Assembly: GCA_040757625.1 (NCBI GenBank)
Contig: JBFLWU010000017.1
Location: forward strand, 13,937-77,936
From: Thermodesulfobacteriota bacterium
Lineage (GTDB): Bacteria; Desulfobacterota; Desulfobacteria; Desulfobacterales; JARGFK01
DNA: 64,000 bases
Direction of reading: 5' to 3'
The translations under genes were made by a program, and so were the position numbers. The notes beneath the pieces are model-generated. The model saw only the letters and a program-made list of their open reading frames with translations, ran no database searches and had not been told where the DNA came from. Shown piece by piece: positions 1-9,909 of the stretch; the first letter of the stretch is position 1; every line of letters starts with the position of its first letter.

Positions 1-719
1 GAACCGATTTTCTGGAGCATCTGCATCACCCGGACGTTGGCCCCGCCGTGCAGTTCGCCGGAAAGCGAACCGACGGCAGCGGATACGGCCGCGTACATAT
101 GTGCGCGAGTCGACGCCACCTCCCGGGCTGCAAAGGTTGAGGCATTGAAGGTATGCTCGGCATGCAGCACCAGACCCACATCAAAAAAACGGGCGGTATC
201 CTCGTCCGGAACCTTGCCGCTGAGCATGTAAAGGAAATTGGCGGCGTGGCTCAGCTCGGGCATGGGCGCCAGGGGCTCCTTGCCGTTGCGGATTCGGTCC
301 CAGGCGGCAACCAGGGTCGGGAGTCTGGCGATCAGGCGGGTGGCGATCCGTAGGGCGGCCGGCCGGGAGCGGTCGGCCAGATCCGGATCGTGGTGCGCCA
401 GCAGGGAGACCCCCGCCTGAAGGATGTCCATGGAAAGGGCGTCTCGGGGTCTGGTTTTCAGGGCGGCGATCAGTTCAGGCGGAACCGGCCGCTCGGCAAC
501 AAGCGCAAGGGAGAATTTGCCGAGTTCGTCTTTATTCGGCAGTTTTTCATATAACAGCAGATGGGCGATCTCCTCAAATGTGGCGCTGACCGCCAGATCC
601 TTTACCAGGTAACCGCGATAAATCAGTTTTCCGGTGTTGCCGTCAACGTCACTGATTCTGGATGTGGCAACGGTAAAGCCTCGCAGTCCGGTGTTTAAAA
701 TGGGACGACATTCTTCCAT
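1..719 (-). CDS. gltA: Citrate synthase (or 2-methylcitrate synthase), N-terminal part; runs off the window start
   Basis: Absent from the ORF track because it has no stop in the window. ATG at 719 after GAGGTG. Reads MEECRPILNTGLRGFTVATSRISDVDGNTGKLIYRGY...LHAEHTFNASTFAAR...LSGELHGGAN, all citrate synthase motifs. Confidence 0.9.
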   Translation of the reverse strand, partial: MEECRPILNTGLRGFTVATSRISDVDGNTGKLIYRGYLVKDLAVSATFEEIAHLLLYEKLPNKDELGKFSLALVAERPVPPELIAALKTRPRDALSMDILQAGVSLLAHHDPDLADRSRPAALRIATRLIARLPTLVAAWDRIRNGKEPLAPMPELSHAANFLYMLSGKVPDEDTARFFDVGLVLHAEHTFNASTFAAREVASTRAHMYAAVSAAVGSLSGELHGGANVRVMQMLQKIG

Positions 720-1122
720 AAGTCACCTCAACTGTTAATAGATTGTGATAAATCGGAAAATTTCCGCCGTCTTGAAGTTAAATCACCTTCTTCGGGGTTT
801 ATCGGATAGAAAATCGATGTTTTTCCAGTCCATTGGTTGCTATTCATTCCTATTACTAAAAATGAAATCAGTCCAGTAAAAAGTCAAGATCGAAATTAAA
901 ATATTTACGGGACGGCGTACGCTGCGGACGGCAGCTGCAGGGAACGGTGTGAATTATTTTCCGGAACTGCCCAGCGGTTGATAAAATGGCTGAAAAGTGA
1001 TAATAGCAGAACCAGTTCCAGCTCGGAAATCCCACCGGGGGGCCTTCCGGGTTTCTTCAAATTTCTATTCGATAGCTGGCGTACACCTAAAAAGCTTGTT
1101 GCTTGGGTTTCTGCGGCACGCG

Positions 1123-1234
1123 GAGACCCTTGAAAGATGTTCAATTTCGTTCAAGTTAAAGGAAGGCGCGCCGCCATGGCGGGATTGCTCCCGGCGCCGA
1201 AATTGAGCGAAAGGGAAAATTTTGCAACGGCCTC
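1123..1234 (-). mobile_element. MITE-like element family A, copy 1
   Basis: Ends GAGACCCTTGAAA / TTTGCAACGGCCTC. The reverse complement aligns with 5780-5921 (CCCTTTCGCTCAATTTCGGCG...CGCCTTCCTT-AACTTGAACGAAATTGAAC). The centre is replaced by the palindrome CCGCCATGGCGG. Confidence 0.75.
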
Positions 1235-1269
1235 ACATCGTGCGGGTCATGCCAAGGCAAAGGTTTCGG

Positions 1270-2613
1270 ATGATAGCAGTCAGGATTAAAAATGGATATG
1301 ATCTGAACATTGCCGGCCGGCCGCTTCCGGAAACGGCGACCGCGCCCCCCCCTGGCCGGCTGGCGGCGCTTCCGGAAAGGATACCCTTTGTAAAACCGAA
1401 GCTGGCGGTCGGGGTCGGCGACAGCGTCAGGCAGGGATCGGTCCTGTACGTGGACAAACGCAATCCCGCTATCAAGTTCCTGTCTCCCGGCAGCGGCAGA
1501 ATCGACAGGATCAATCTGGGGCCCCGCCGGGTCGTCAGGGAGATTGTCGTCGCGCTGGACGGCGATGACGCCTATGAAACCTTTGACGCCGTTTCTGAAA
1601 CCGCCCTTGACGCCATGGAGCGGGAAGCGCTTGTCCGGCGGCTTTTAGACGGCGGGCTCTGGCCGCTGATCCGGGCCCTGCCGTTTCGGGACATCGCCGG
1701 GCCCAGGGACAACCCGCCGGCCATCCTTGTGAATATCGGCAACTCCCAGCCCTTTCATCCGGAGCCGGAGATTTATCTGAAGGACAAGGTCGACCTTTTT
1801 AAATTCGGCTTAAAGGCACTCCGGCGCCTGACGGACGGCAATGTGCACGTATCGATAAACGGCGCCCATCCGATGCTGCCCGGGGAGCTTGACGGCCTGA
1901 TCACCCACCGGGTTTCCGGCAGACATCCGGCCAACGATCCCGGCGTGCTCCTTTATCATATCCGCAAGTCTGGGGCCGAAAACCGATCGTGGTTCATCGA
2001 CGGCCAGGACCTGCTGCTCATCGCCGCACTGCTGAAAACCGGCCGGTATCCCACAGAGCGGACCGTTGTGGTGGCCGGAAGCCGCGCTGCGGAAAAAAAA
2101 CACTGGCGGACGCGGCTGGGGGCGCCCCTGGCCGATTTGATCGGGGGGGGCATACAGAAAGACGACACCCGTCTGATAGCCGGCGGGGTGCTGACCGGGT
2201 ACAGCGCTGAGCCGGAAACCTTCCTGGGATTTTATGAAACCGCCCTGGCGCTGGTGCCCAAAGGGCACGAGCGCGAGTTTCTGGCATTTGTGCGCCCCGG
2301 GATAAAGAGGCCCAGTTATTCCAGAACATTTTTATCGGCTTTAAGCGGCGCTGAACTGGAGATGAACTGTAACCTGCATGGGGGCCTTAGGGCCTGCATC
2401 GGCTGCGGACATTGCATGGCGGTCTGCCCGGTGGAGATCCTGCCGCAGCTTGCCTACAAGAGTATTCTGGCCGGCGAAGTGGAGGAGTCTCTGGCGCACG
2501 GCCTGCTGGATTGTGCCGAGTGTGGGCTGTGTTCATATGTCTGCCCCTCGAAAATAGAGCTTTTTAGTACGTTAAGGACCGCCAAGGCGGCCTATTATAA
2601 GGAAATCTCCTGA
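1270..2613 (+). CDS. nqrA: Na+-translocating NADH:quinone oxidoreductase subunit A, with a C-terminal 2x[4Fe-4S] domain
   Basis: MIAVRIKNGYDLNIAG N-terminus, SPGSG, GLWPLIR, HPA. First gene of the nqr operon. The track's TTG start at 1222 lies inside the MITE, so ATG 1270 is preferred. Confidence 0.88.
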   Translation: MIAVRIKNGYDLNIAGRPLPETATAPPPGRLAALPERIPFVKPKLAVGVGDSVRQGSVLYVDKRNPAIKFLSPGSGRIDRINLGPRRVVREIVVALDGDDAYETFDAVSETALDAMEREALVRRLLDGGLWPLIRALPFRDIAGPRDNPPAILVNIGNSQPFHPEPEIYLKDKVDLFKFGLKALRRLTDGNVHVSINGAHPMLPGELDGLITHRVSGRHPANDPGVLLYHIRKSGAENRSWFIDGQDLLLIAALLKTGRYPTERTVVVAGSRAAEKKHWRTRLGAPLADLIGGGIQKDDTRLIAGGVLTGYSAEPETFLGFYETALALVPKGHEREFLAFVRPGIKRPSYSRTFLSALSGAELEMNCNLHGGLRACIGCGHCMAVCPVEILPQLAYKSILAGEVEESLAHGLLDCAECGLCSYVCPSKIELFSTLRTAKAAYYKEIS

Positions 2614-2619
2614 CAAGGG

Positions 2620-3810
2620 ATGGCGGGAATGCAGGTGATTAAAAAATTTTTTGACTCGCAGCGCCCCCGCTTCAGCGATGGCGGCCGGTTTGAAAAGTTC
2701 CATCCTTTCTTTGAGGCGATGGAGACGATTTTTTTCGCCTCTGCCGATACCACCGCCCAGGGGCCCCATGTGCGCGACAGCCTCGACGTCAAGCGTTATA
2801 TGACCATCGTGATCGCAGTCCTGATTCCGCCGCTTGTCTTCGGCATTTACAACGCCGGCTATCAGTCCCGACTGGCGTCGGGGTTTTCCCTGAATTTTGT
2901 CCCCGTATTTGCCAAAGGTCTCTGGATTGTCATGCCGCTGGTGCTGGTATCCTATGCGGTGGGATTTTTCTGGGAGATTTTATTTGCCGTAAAAAGAAAG
3001 CACGCCATCAGTGAAGGTCTGTTTGTCACCGCCATGCTGTTTCCCCTGACCCTGCCGCCGACCACGCCGCTGTGGCAGGCCGCTCTGGGGATTTCCTTCG
3101 GGATCGTGATCGGCAAGGAAATATTCGGCGGCACCGGCCGTAATTTTCTCAACCCGGCCCTGACCGGCAGGGCATTTCTGTTTTTTGCGTATCCGGGCAG
3201 CATGACCGGCGACGCCGTCTGGACGGTGGTCAGCGGCGCCAAGACCGCTGTGGTGGACACCTTCAGCGGGGCGACGCCCCTGGCGCTGGCCGCCCTGACG
3301 GAAAGCGGGAGCGTGGAAGCGGCCCTGTCAAAAGCCGGCTATTCGTTTGCGCGGCTTTTCTGGGGGCTTTACCCCGACAGCATCGGCGCGTCATCGGCCC
3401 TGCTGTGCCTGGTGGGGGCCGTTATCCTGATGGTCCTTGGGATCGCCAACTATCGCATCATTTTCGGCGACGTGCTCGGCGTGCTCTGTACCGGTTTTTT
3501 GCTGAACCTAGCGGCGTCCGGGCATTCAAGTCCCTATCTGTACCTGAATCCGTTCTATCATCTGGTGATGGGCGGCGCTGCCTTCGGTATCGCCTTTATG
3601 ACCACCGATCCGGTTTCAGCCCCGGACATGAACGGCGCCAAATGGATCTACGGGTTTCTAATAGGGGCCTTGACCGTTCTGATCCGGGTCTTCAACCCCG
3701 CCTTTCCCGAGGGGGTCATGCTGGCGATTCTTTTTATGAACCTGTTCGCGCCCCTGATGGACAGCATCACGGTGCGGCTGAAATTAAAAAAACGGGTGCC
3801 GAATGTCTGA
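2620..3810 (+). CDS. nqrB: Na+-NQR subunit B
   Basis: PHVRD, KEIFGGTGRNFLNPAL, FMN site SGATPL, FMTTDPVS, PEGVMLAIL. Confidence 0.93.
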   Translation: MAGMQVIKKFFDSQRPRFSDGGRFEKFHPFFEAMETIFFASADTTAQGPHVRDSLDVKRYMTIVIAVLIPPLVFGIYNAGYQSRLASGFSLNFVPVFAKGLWIVMPLVLVSYAVGFFWEILFAVKRKHAISEGLFVTAMLFPLTLPPTTPLWQAALGISFGIVIGKEIFGGTGRNFLNPALTGRAFLFFAYPGSMTGDAVWTVVSGAKTAVVDTFSGATPLALAALTESGSVEAALSKAGYSFARLFWGLYPDSIGASSALLCLVGAVILMVLGIANYRIIFGDVLGVLCTGFLLNLAASGHSSPYLYLNPFYHLVMGGAAFGIAFMTTDPVSAPDMNGAKWIYGFLIGALTVLIRVFNPAFPEGVMLAILFMNLFAPLMDSITVRLKLKKRVPNV

Positions 3811-4522
3811 CAAGGTCAAGACCCTGGTTTTTGCCGCAGCCCTGTGCCTGGCCTGCAGCCTCCTGCTGACGGCGGCCTCCAGCGGCCTGAGGACGTTTCA
3901 TCAGGCCAATATCCTGATGGACAAACAGAAGAATATTTTAAAATCGGTGGGGCTTGTCCAGGACGGGGAAAGCCACACAGCCGCTGAAATTACCAGCCGC
4001 TTTGATAAGAACATCAAGGCCCTGTGGGTCAATCCTTCCGGTCAGATCGTTGCAGCCGAAAAGCGGGGAGAATCGGACCTGCCGGTTTACCTGTACCTGC
4101 AGGGGGAGGCCATCGCGGCCTATATCCTCCCCATCAATACCCGCGGACTGTGGGGAAGAATTCATGGGTACCTGGCCATCCAGAGCGACGGTGAAACCAT
4201 TTCCGGCTTTACGGTTTACAGCCATTCGGAAACACCGGGGCTGGGCGGCGAGATCGAAAAGCGCTGGTTTCAGAAAAATTTTGTGGGAAAGAAAATCGTT
4301 GACCGCGCCGGCAGTTTCGTCTCCATTGCTGTTGCCAAGGGCGTGGTGGCCGAAAAAGTTCCCGCGGAAAAACAGGTCAATTACGTTGACGGGATCAGCG
4401 GGGCAACCCTGACCGGAAAATTTCTATCGTCCGGACTCAAGGAGATCCTGCTTGAATATGAACCGGTCTCGATCAACTTCAGAAAGAACATGATCAGTAA
4501 AACCCTCAAGGTGTCGGGATGA
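3803..4522 (+). CDS. nqrC: Na+-NQR subunit C
   Basis: N-terminal TM helix, [18 protein letters not shown] site DGISGATLT. Confidence 0.92.
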   Translation: MSDKVKTLVFAAALCLACSLLLTAASSGLRTFHQANILMDKQKNILKSVGLVQDGESHTAAEITSRFDKNIKALWVNPSGQIVAAEKRGESDLPVYLYLQGEAIAAYILPINTRGLWGRIHGYLAIQSDGETISGFTVYSHSETPGLGGEIEKRWFQKNFVGKKIVDRAGSFVSIAVAKGVVAEKVPAEKQVNYVDGISGATLTGKFLSSGLKEILLEYEPVSINFRKNMISKTLKVSG

Positions 4523-5136
4523 AGATCACACACAGCAAGTCCTATAAAATCCTGACGGAGCCGCTGCTGGCCAACAACCCGATTTCGAACCAGATACTGG
4601 GAATCTGTTCGTCTCTGGCGGTAACGGTGCAGCTTAAAACAGCCATTGTCATGAGCCTGGCGCTGACATTTACGGTGGCGTTTTCCAATCTGTCGATTTC
4701 GCTTCTGCGAAGCCTTATTCCCAAAAATATCCGGATTATCGCCGAAGTTGCCATTATCGCCACCCTGGTGATTCTGATCGATCAGCTCCTGCGGGCCTTT
4801 GTCTACGACGTCAGCAAGCAGCTGTCGGTGTTTGTCGGCCTGATTATCACCAACTGTATCGTCATGGGACGGGCGGAAACCTACGCCATGGTCAACCCGC
4901 CGGGGTATTCCTTCCTGGACGGCATCGGCAACGGCCTGGGCTACAGTTCGGTCTTGATCGGGGTCGCTTTTGTGCGGGAACTTCTGGGGGCCGGCAAATT
5001 GCTGGGGATCCAGGTGCTCCCCCATTCGGTTTACGAACTCGGGTACAGGAACAACGGCCTGATGCTGCTGGCGCCCGGCGCCTTTATCGCCATCGGGCTC
5101 TTTTCCTGGCTGCAGAACACATTGAAAAAGAAATAG
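4519..5136 (+). CDS. nqrD: Na+-NQR subunit D
   Basis: [35 protein letters not shown]. Confidence 0.93.
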   Translation: MKITHSKSYKILTEPLLANNPISNQILGICSSLAVTVQLKTAIVMSLALTFTVAFSNLSISLLRSLIPKNIRIIAEVAIIATLVILIDQLLRAFVYDVSKQLSVFVGLIITNCIVMGRAETYAMVNPPGYSFLDGIGNGLGYSSVLIGVAFVRELLGAGKLLGIQVLPHSVYELGYRNNGLMLLAPGAFIAIGLFSWLQNTLKKK

Positions 5137-5148
5137 AGGGGCCGGTTC

Positions 5149-5757
5149 ATGGGAAACCTGATCAGCATCGCCTTGAATTCCGTCTTTGTGGGGAACATCC
5201 TGCTGGCCTATTTTCTGGGGATGTGCTCTTTCCTGGCGGTTTCCAAAAACATGCGCACGGCGGTGGGGCTCGGCTTCGCCGTGGTTTTCGTGATGGCCAT
5301 CACCACCCCGGCCAACTGGCTGGTGTACCGGGTCCTGCTGGCCCCCGGCGCCCTGGCGTGGGCCGGATTGCCCGGCCTGGATTTGAGCTTTTTGAAATTC
5401 ATACTGTTTATCGCGGTCATCGCCGCCATCGTCCAGGGGGTGGAGATGATCATCGACCGCTATTCTCCGGCGCTGTACACGGCCCTGGGCGTGTTTCTGC
5501 CCCTGATAACGGTCAACTGCGCCATTCTGGGGGCGGCGCTCTTTATGGTCGAGCGCGATTACACCTTCATGGAATCGGTGGTTTATGGAATCGGTTCCGG
5601 CACCGGCTGGATGCTGGCGATTGTTTCGATGGCGGCCATACGCCAGAAGCTGCGCTATGCCGATGTCCCCGAGGGTCTGCAGGGGTTCGGTATCAACATG
5701 ATCGTTACCGGCCTGATGGCCATGGCGTTTATGCTTTTTTCCGGCATTACCCTGTAA
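5149..5757 (+). CDS. nqrE: Na+-NQR subunit E
   Basis: [27 protein letters not shown]. Confidence 0.93.
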   Translation: MGNLISIALNSVFVGNILLAYFLGMCSFLAVSKNMRTAVGLGFAVVFVMAITTPANWLVYRVLLAPGALAWAGLPGLDLSFLKFILFIAVIAAIVQGVEMIIDRYSPALYTALGVFLPLITVNCAILGAALFMVERDYTFMESVVYGIGSGTGWMLAIVSMAAIRQKLRYADVPEGLQGFGINMIVTGLMAMAFMLFSGITL

Positions 5758-5779
5758 CGGGGCGTTGCCGGGATTACCC

Positions 5780-5921
5780 AAGACCTTTGAAAAACGGCCC
5801 CTTTCGCCCAATTTCGGCGTCAGGCACAAATTTTAATCCTCGAAATACTCAATGTATTCCTGTGGTTAAAATTTTCGCCTTCCTTGAACTTGAACGAAAT
5901 TGAACTTTTTTCAAAGGTCTC
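5780..5921 (+). mobile_element. MITE-like element family A, copy 2 (most complete), between nqrE and nqrF
   Basis: Terminal inverted repeats AGACCTTTGAAAAA / TTTTTCAAAGGTCT. Internal inverted repeats AAATTTTAA...TTAAAATTT and AATAC..GTATT. Confidence 0.8.
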
Positions 5922-5945
5922 TACCCATAACAGCGGGAGCTTGGA

Positions 5946-7166
5946 TTGATTTATCTTGTCAGTACGATCGTTTTTTGCACGGTGGTGCTTGCCCTGGTGG
6001 GGGTTCTCCTGCTGCTCGAATCCAAGGTGGTCGTCAAAGGGGAGCGCACCATCGTCATTAATGACGATGAGGAAAAAAAGATCCGGGTGCCCGGCAACAT
6101 CACCCTGCTGTCGGCCCTCTTGCGAAATAACATTCTGCTGCCTTCGGCCTGCGGCGGCAAAGGCTCCTGCGGCACCTGCAAGTGCCGGGTTGAGGAAGGC
6201 GGCCGGGACGTTCTGCCCACCGAGCTGACCCACCTCAGTAGAAAGGAACGGCTGGCAAACATCCGAATCGCCTGTCAGGTCAAGGTCAAAGAGGACATGA
6301 AAATCCGGGTGCCCGATGAAATCTTCAGCATCAGAAAATATCAGGCCACCGTGGTTTCAAATAAAAACGTCGCTACTTTTATCAAGGAACTGGTCCTCAA
6401 GCTCGAAGCCGGTGAAAAGCTGAATTTTGAGCCCGGCGCCTACATTCAGATCGATATACCGGAGTACGAACTGTCCTACGAGCAGTTCGACGTGGCCGAG
6501 CAATACCGGGCGGTATGGAAGAAATTCAATTTGTGGGAACTCCACGCCGTCTCCAGCGAGCCGGTCAACCGGGCCTATTCACTGGCAAATCCCCCTGCGG
6601 AAAAGGACATTTTAAAGTTTACCATCCGGATCGCAACCCCGCCGCCCGGAGCCGGGGATATCCCCCCCGGGATCGGTTCTTCCTATATATTCAACCTCAA
6701 ACCGGGTGACGCGGTGATGCTGAGCGGGCCCTATGGCGAGTTTTTCGTAAAGAAGACCCAAAGAGAGATGTGCTTTATCGGCGGGGGGGCCGGCATGGCC
6801 CCGCTGCGCAGCCAGATCCTGCACCAGTTGCTGGCCCTGCAGACCGAGCGGAAAATGACGTTCTGGTACGGCGCCCGGTCCAGGCAGGAAATGTTTTACG
6901 ATGATGAATTCAGGGGCCTGGCGGAAAAATTCAAGAATTTTTCCTATCATGTGGCCTTGTCGGATCCGCAGCCCGGGGACAAGTGGGAAGGGCTGACCGG
7001 CTTTATCCACCGGTCTCTATATGACAACTATCTCAAGGACCATGAGGATCCCACCGAAATAGAATACTACCTGTGCGGTCCGCCGCCGATGCTCAAAGCC
7101 GTTAAAGACACGCTCTTCAATCTGGGGGTGGAGCCTGAGATGATCGCCTACGATGATTTTGGCTGA
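5946..7166 (+). CDS. nqrF: Na+-NQR subunit F
   Basis: TTG start. [2Fe-2S] motif SACGGKGSCGTC, RAYSLAN, GGGAGMAP, CGPPPM, C-terminal DDFG. Confidence 0.95.
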   Translation: MIYLVSTIVFCTVVLALVGVLLLLESKVVVKGERTIVINDDEEKKIRVPGNITLLSALLRNNILLPSACGGKGSCGTCKCRVEEGGRDVLPTELTHLSRKERLANIRIACQVKVKEDMKIRVPDEIFSIRKYQATVVSNKNVATFIKELVLKLEAGEKLNFEPGAYIQIDIPEYELSYEQFDVAEQYRAVWKKFNLWELHAVSSEPVNRAYSLANPPAEKDILKFTIRIATPPPGAGDIPPGIGSSYIFNLKPGDAVMLSGPYGEFFVKKTQREMCFIGGGAGMAPLRSQILHQLLALQTERKMTFWYGARSRQEMFYDDEFRGLAEKFKNFSYHVALSDPQPGDKWEGLTGFIHRSLYDNYLKDHEDPTEIEYYLCGPPPMLKAVKDTLFNLGVEPEMIAYDDFG

Positions 7167-7171
7167 TTCCG

Positions 7172-7504
7172 CTATAAAAACATTTTCTCGGCCGGTCTTC
7201 TCTCGGGAACGTATTCGTGCGGGATTTTCCCGGCGTTCCATTCCTTTGAAACATACAGGCTGCAATAGCAGGAGCCGTATTCCTTGACATCCGGAGTGCG
7301 GTATTCACAGGGGCAGATGATATCCCGGTCCTTGGCGCGGTCGCCGGACGCCAGCCGGCAGGGGCAGGCCATGTGACCGTAGCGCTCCTTGTTGACCAGC
7401 AGCCCCTCCAGCAGTTCATAGACCTTCTCCATGTCGTTGTTGAAAAAGTACCCTTTGGGCTCCTGGACCTTTTTCAGCATTTCATATAATTGTTGGGTAT
7501 CCAT
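7172..7504 (-). CDS. Ferredoxin-thioredoxin (glutaredoxin) reductase catalytic subunit
   Basis: CPC...CPC...CYC motifs (YGHMACPCR, IICPC, GSCYCSLY). Confidence 0.88.
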   Translation of the reverse strand: MDTQQLYEMLKKVQEPKGYFFNNDMEKVYELLEGLLVNKERYGHMACPCRLASGDRAKDRDIICPCEYRTPDVKEYGSCYCSLYVSKEWNAGKIPHEYVPERRPAEKMFL

Positions 7505-7758
7505 CAGAGTCCCAGCGCCTCCCTGATTTCAGCTTCCTTGTATCCCACGATGACTTTGTCGCCGATAATGATGGTGGGGAACGAACAGCGGGGGTTGAAG
7601 CTTTTGACATCCTGCAGGATGGCGGCCCGTTCTTCGCCCTGCAGCTGGTCAACATCGACAAACTCGTATTTGATTTCGCAGTCGCCTAAAAATTTCTTGG
7701 CCGCCTTGCAGTGGCCGCAGGTGCTCAGGGAATAGACCTTTACTGATTTTTCAGTCAT
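7504..7758 (-). CDS. Glutaredoxin (NrdH-like)
   Basis: YSLSTCGHC, SFPTIIIGD..IVGY. The stop overlaps the next start. Confidence 0.9.
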   Translation of the reverse strand: MTEKSVKVYSLSTCGHCKAAKKFLGDCEIKYEFVDVDQLQGEERAAILQDVKSFNPRCSFPTIIIGDKVIVGYKEAEIREALGL

Positions 7759-7814
7759 AACCGGTTCCTTTCATGACGGACGATACGTTCAGAGCATTCT
7801 TGAAAATATGGAGA

Positions 7815-7843
7815 AATATAATACATGCCAGCGCCATATTCAA
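7815..7843 (-). promoter_or_regulatory. Sigma-70 promoter for the glutaredoxin-FTR pair
   Basis: TTGAAT-17 nt-TATATT on the minus strand. Confidence 0.5.
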
Positions 7844-7867
7844 TTATTAGTTCAAACGTTTCCCCGG

Positions 7868-7884
7868 GGCCCGACCCTCAGGCC
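7868..7884 (-). promoter_or_regulatory. SECIS-like hairpin of arsS
   Basis: GGCCUGA-GGG-UCGGGCC starting 15 nt after the in-frame UGA at 7901-7899. Confidence 0.7.
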
Positions 7885-8903
7885 GCAATGGCGCCCGCTC
7901 AGGTAAAACCGGAACCTGCGGTGCAGGTATAACAATGATACCCCACCGCAACGCTCCTGCCGGCTGAAACCGGCAGGATCACATGGGAAACATGTACGGG
8001 CTGGTTTTCCAGCGGAAGGCCGGCAGCCTGATTAAAATCGCAATCATACAGGTGGCCGTCCCATGCAACCGAGAGCATGCTCCGGCACATGAGACCGTTT
8101 ACCGTACAGGGGTTAAAGGCCGCTGCCAGCTTGTCGATATACGCAGCGAAATTGCCGGAGTCGATCAGCCAGCTGCGGAAACGCCCCAGGGGCGCATTGG
8201 CAAAACTGAACAGGCTGTTGAAGACAATGCCGTATTTTTGAGCGAGTACATCATGAAAGCGTTTTTCAAGACCGGCCTGGGAAGGGGGCAAAAATGCGCC
8301 GGCCGGATTTGATACCAGGTTGAGTTCAAGTCCCGATTGCGGCTGTCCGTAACCCAGGCGGTTGAGCCTTTTAAGCGTATCGATGGCTACCTGAAAGGTT
8401 TCCCGGCCGCGGACGCTTTCAGACTGGGCTTCGTTCAGGGAGGGGAACGAGGCCGTAATGATCACGCGATCGCGCTTTAAAAGTTCCATCAGGGCCGGCC
8501 CCTTAAGGGCAAGGGCCGTCAGGTTCGAACGGAAGATCAGGCGGGGGGCACAGGGCGCAAGACGTCCGACGAATTCATCGATTTGCGGATGCATTTCGGG
8601 AGCGCCGCCGGTGATGTCGATGGTTTTAAAATTGCCCTTGCGGGCCAGTTCGGTCACCTGATCCATCGTCCGGGGGGACATGATTTCCCGGCGGCCGGCG
8701 CCGGCTTCCAGATGGCAATGCCGGCAGGCCTGGTTGCACAAGAGCCCCACATTGATCTGAAGCGTCGAGACGGTGTCTTTGACCAGCTTGAGTTGATGCT
8801 TTAAAAGCGTCTGGTAAAAAGCCGGCGTCCGCAGCCGCTCCTCCCAGACAAGCGACGGCGCCCGTTCCGGTATTTTCGCAAGCTTATGAAGGTTTTCTGC
8901 CAT
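7878..8903 (-). CDS. arsS: Radical SAM (seleno)protein of the ArsS / Cys-rich family; TGA at 7899-7901 read as Sec
   Basis: CNQACRHC, DITGGAPE, LMCRSMLSV, YDCDFN, HCYTCTAGSGFT-U-AGAIAA*. The tail matches the family CTAGxGSSCGGAL. ATG 8903 sits just after the upstream gene. Confidence 0.85.
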
Positions 8904-8913
8904 GGCGGGTGGA

Positions 8914-9246
8914 TTACAATGAAACTTTCTCGGTAATATTTCGCATTTGAATCCCATGAACCAGCGATGCGCCCCCGCGGATGGCAACCGCCACATGCAC
9001 CGCTTCGGTCATTTCCGCAGCATTCGAACCCTTTTCCAGACAGGCCCGGGTGTAGGCATCGATGCAATAGGGGCATTGAACCGCGTGGGCGACGGCAAGC
9101 GCGATCAGGGCCTTTTCTCTTTCAGTCAGTTCGCCGTCAGAAAAAACGGCCTGGTAATAGTCAAAAAATTTTTTTGCCAGCTCGGGAGCGGCATTGCCGA
9201 TTTGATCAAACTTCGGCAGATCTTCAGGCGTGTAGTAGGTTTCCAT
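8914..9246 (-). CDS. AhpD/carboxymuconolactone decarboxylase-family peroxidase-like protein (usual ArsS partner)
   Basis: LTEREKALIALAVAHAVQCPYCIDAY, directly upstream of arsS. Confidence 0.88.
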   Translation of the reverse strand: METYYTPEDLPKFDQIGNAAPELAKKFFDYYQAVFSDGELTEREKALIALAVAHAVQCPYCIDAYTRACLEKGSNAAEMTEAVHVAVAIRGGASLVHGIQMRNITEKVSL

Positions 9247-9857
9247 CCGACCCTCTATCGTTTATTTGTTTTCGCCAGGACGTAGTGTTGCGTCCCGGAA
9301 CTAACATATACAAGCCGTGGTCATATTTTGGATTCGGCCGGCTTGCACCTTAGCGTGCTCCGGTGTCCGGATTCGAATCGGCGCGGCATAAAAATGTTGA
9401 GTGATTATTTTCAATTAACCGATTCGAATCCTGGACGCCCGCCAAGATCTTGCCAACTGAAACGCATGCCGGCCTTCTCCACAACACGACCGCTTCCCTT
9501 GATGACCGGTAAAAAGAAATGGAAGCTATTTCAAGGACACAATAATGGGATATCTTTCATAAATGAGCGATATCCTTTTAAACACATTTTCATGTTGTTT
9601 GCCCTGCGGGAGAGCCGCTGCCGTCCCGTCTTCTGCGTTGCCAGGGGCGCGCGCCAAGCGATTACAGCTTGACCCCGGCCTCGCTCGGCCGAAGCCCGCT
9701 CGTGGCGCCTGAATCTGGAACACGCGTGACTTTTCGCCCAATCAGGGTTGAAGCGAACGCTGATATCAGGCGGAGGAGACATGCCGTTGTCAATGTAACA
9801 AAGCGGCACAAGTTTGTAAAGAAACGGAATCTTTTATCAAAAGATTCGGCAAGCAAC

Positions 9858-9909
9858 TTGACAAAAGAACCCGGCAACCTTAATATTATCAGGAATGATT
9901 ATCATTAAT
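9858..9909 (+). promoter_or_regulatory. Sigma-70 promoter followed by a Fur-family-like operator
   Basis: TTGACA(9858)-17 nt-TAATAT(9881). Palindrome AATGAT-T-ATCATT at 9894-9906, at the predicted start site. Confidence 0.6.

Noticed and set aside
37-612. Short plus-strand ORFs at the window start
   Set aside because: They are antisense shadows of the minus-strand citrate synthase.
4381-5829. 482-aa minus-strand ORF, and similar long ORFs at 10193-11377, 27050-28171, 38694-39680 and 50952-52151
   Set aside because: They lie antisense to well-supported genes, carry no motifs, and are expected from GC-rich codon bias.
9369-9431. GGATTCGAATC resembling a tRNA T-loop
   Set aside because: No cloverleaf can be formed; it is part of an inverted repeat.
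9793-9810. Possible CooA/CRP site TGTAACAAAGCGGCACA upstream of cooS
   Set aside because: The spacing and half-sites do not fit TGT(C/G)A-N6-(C/T)(G/C)ACA.
9328-9908. Several 70-115 aa ORFs between ahpD and cooS
   Set aside because: They overlap on both strands, have no recognisable domain, and the region contains promoter signals.
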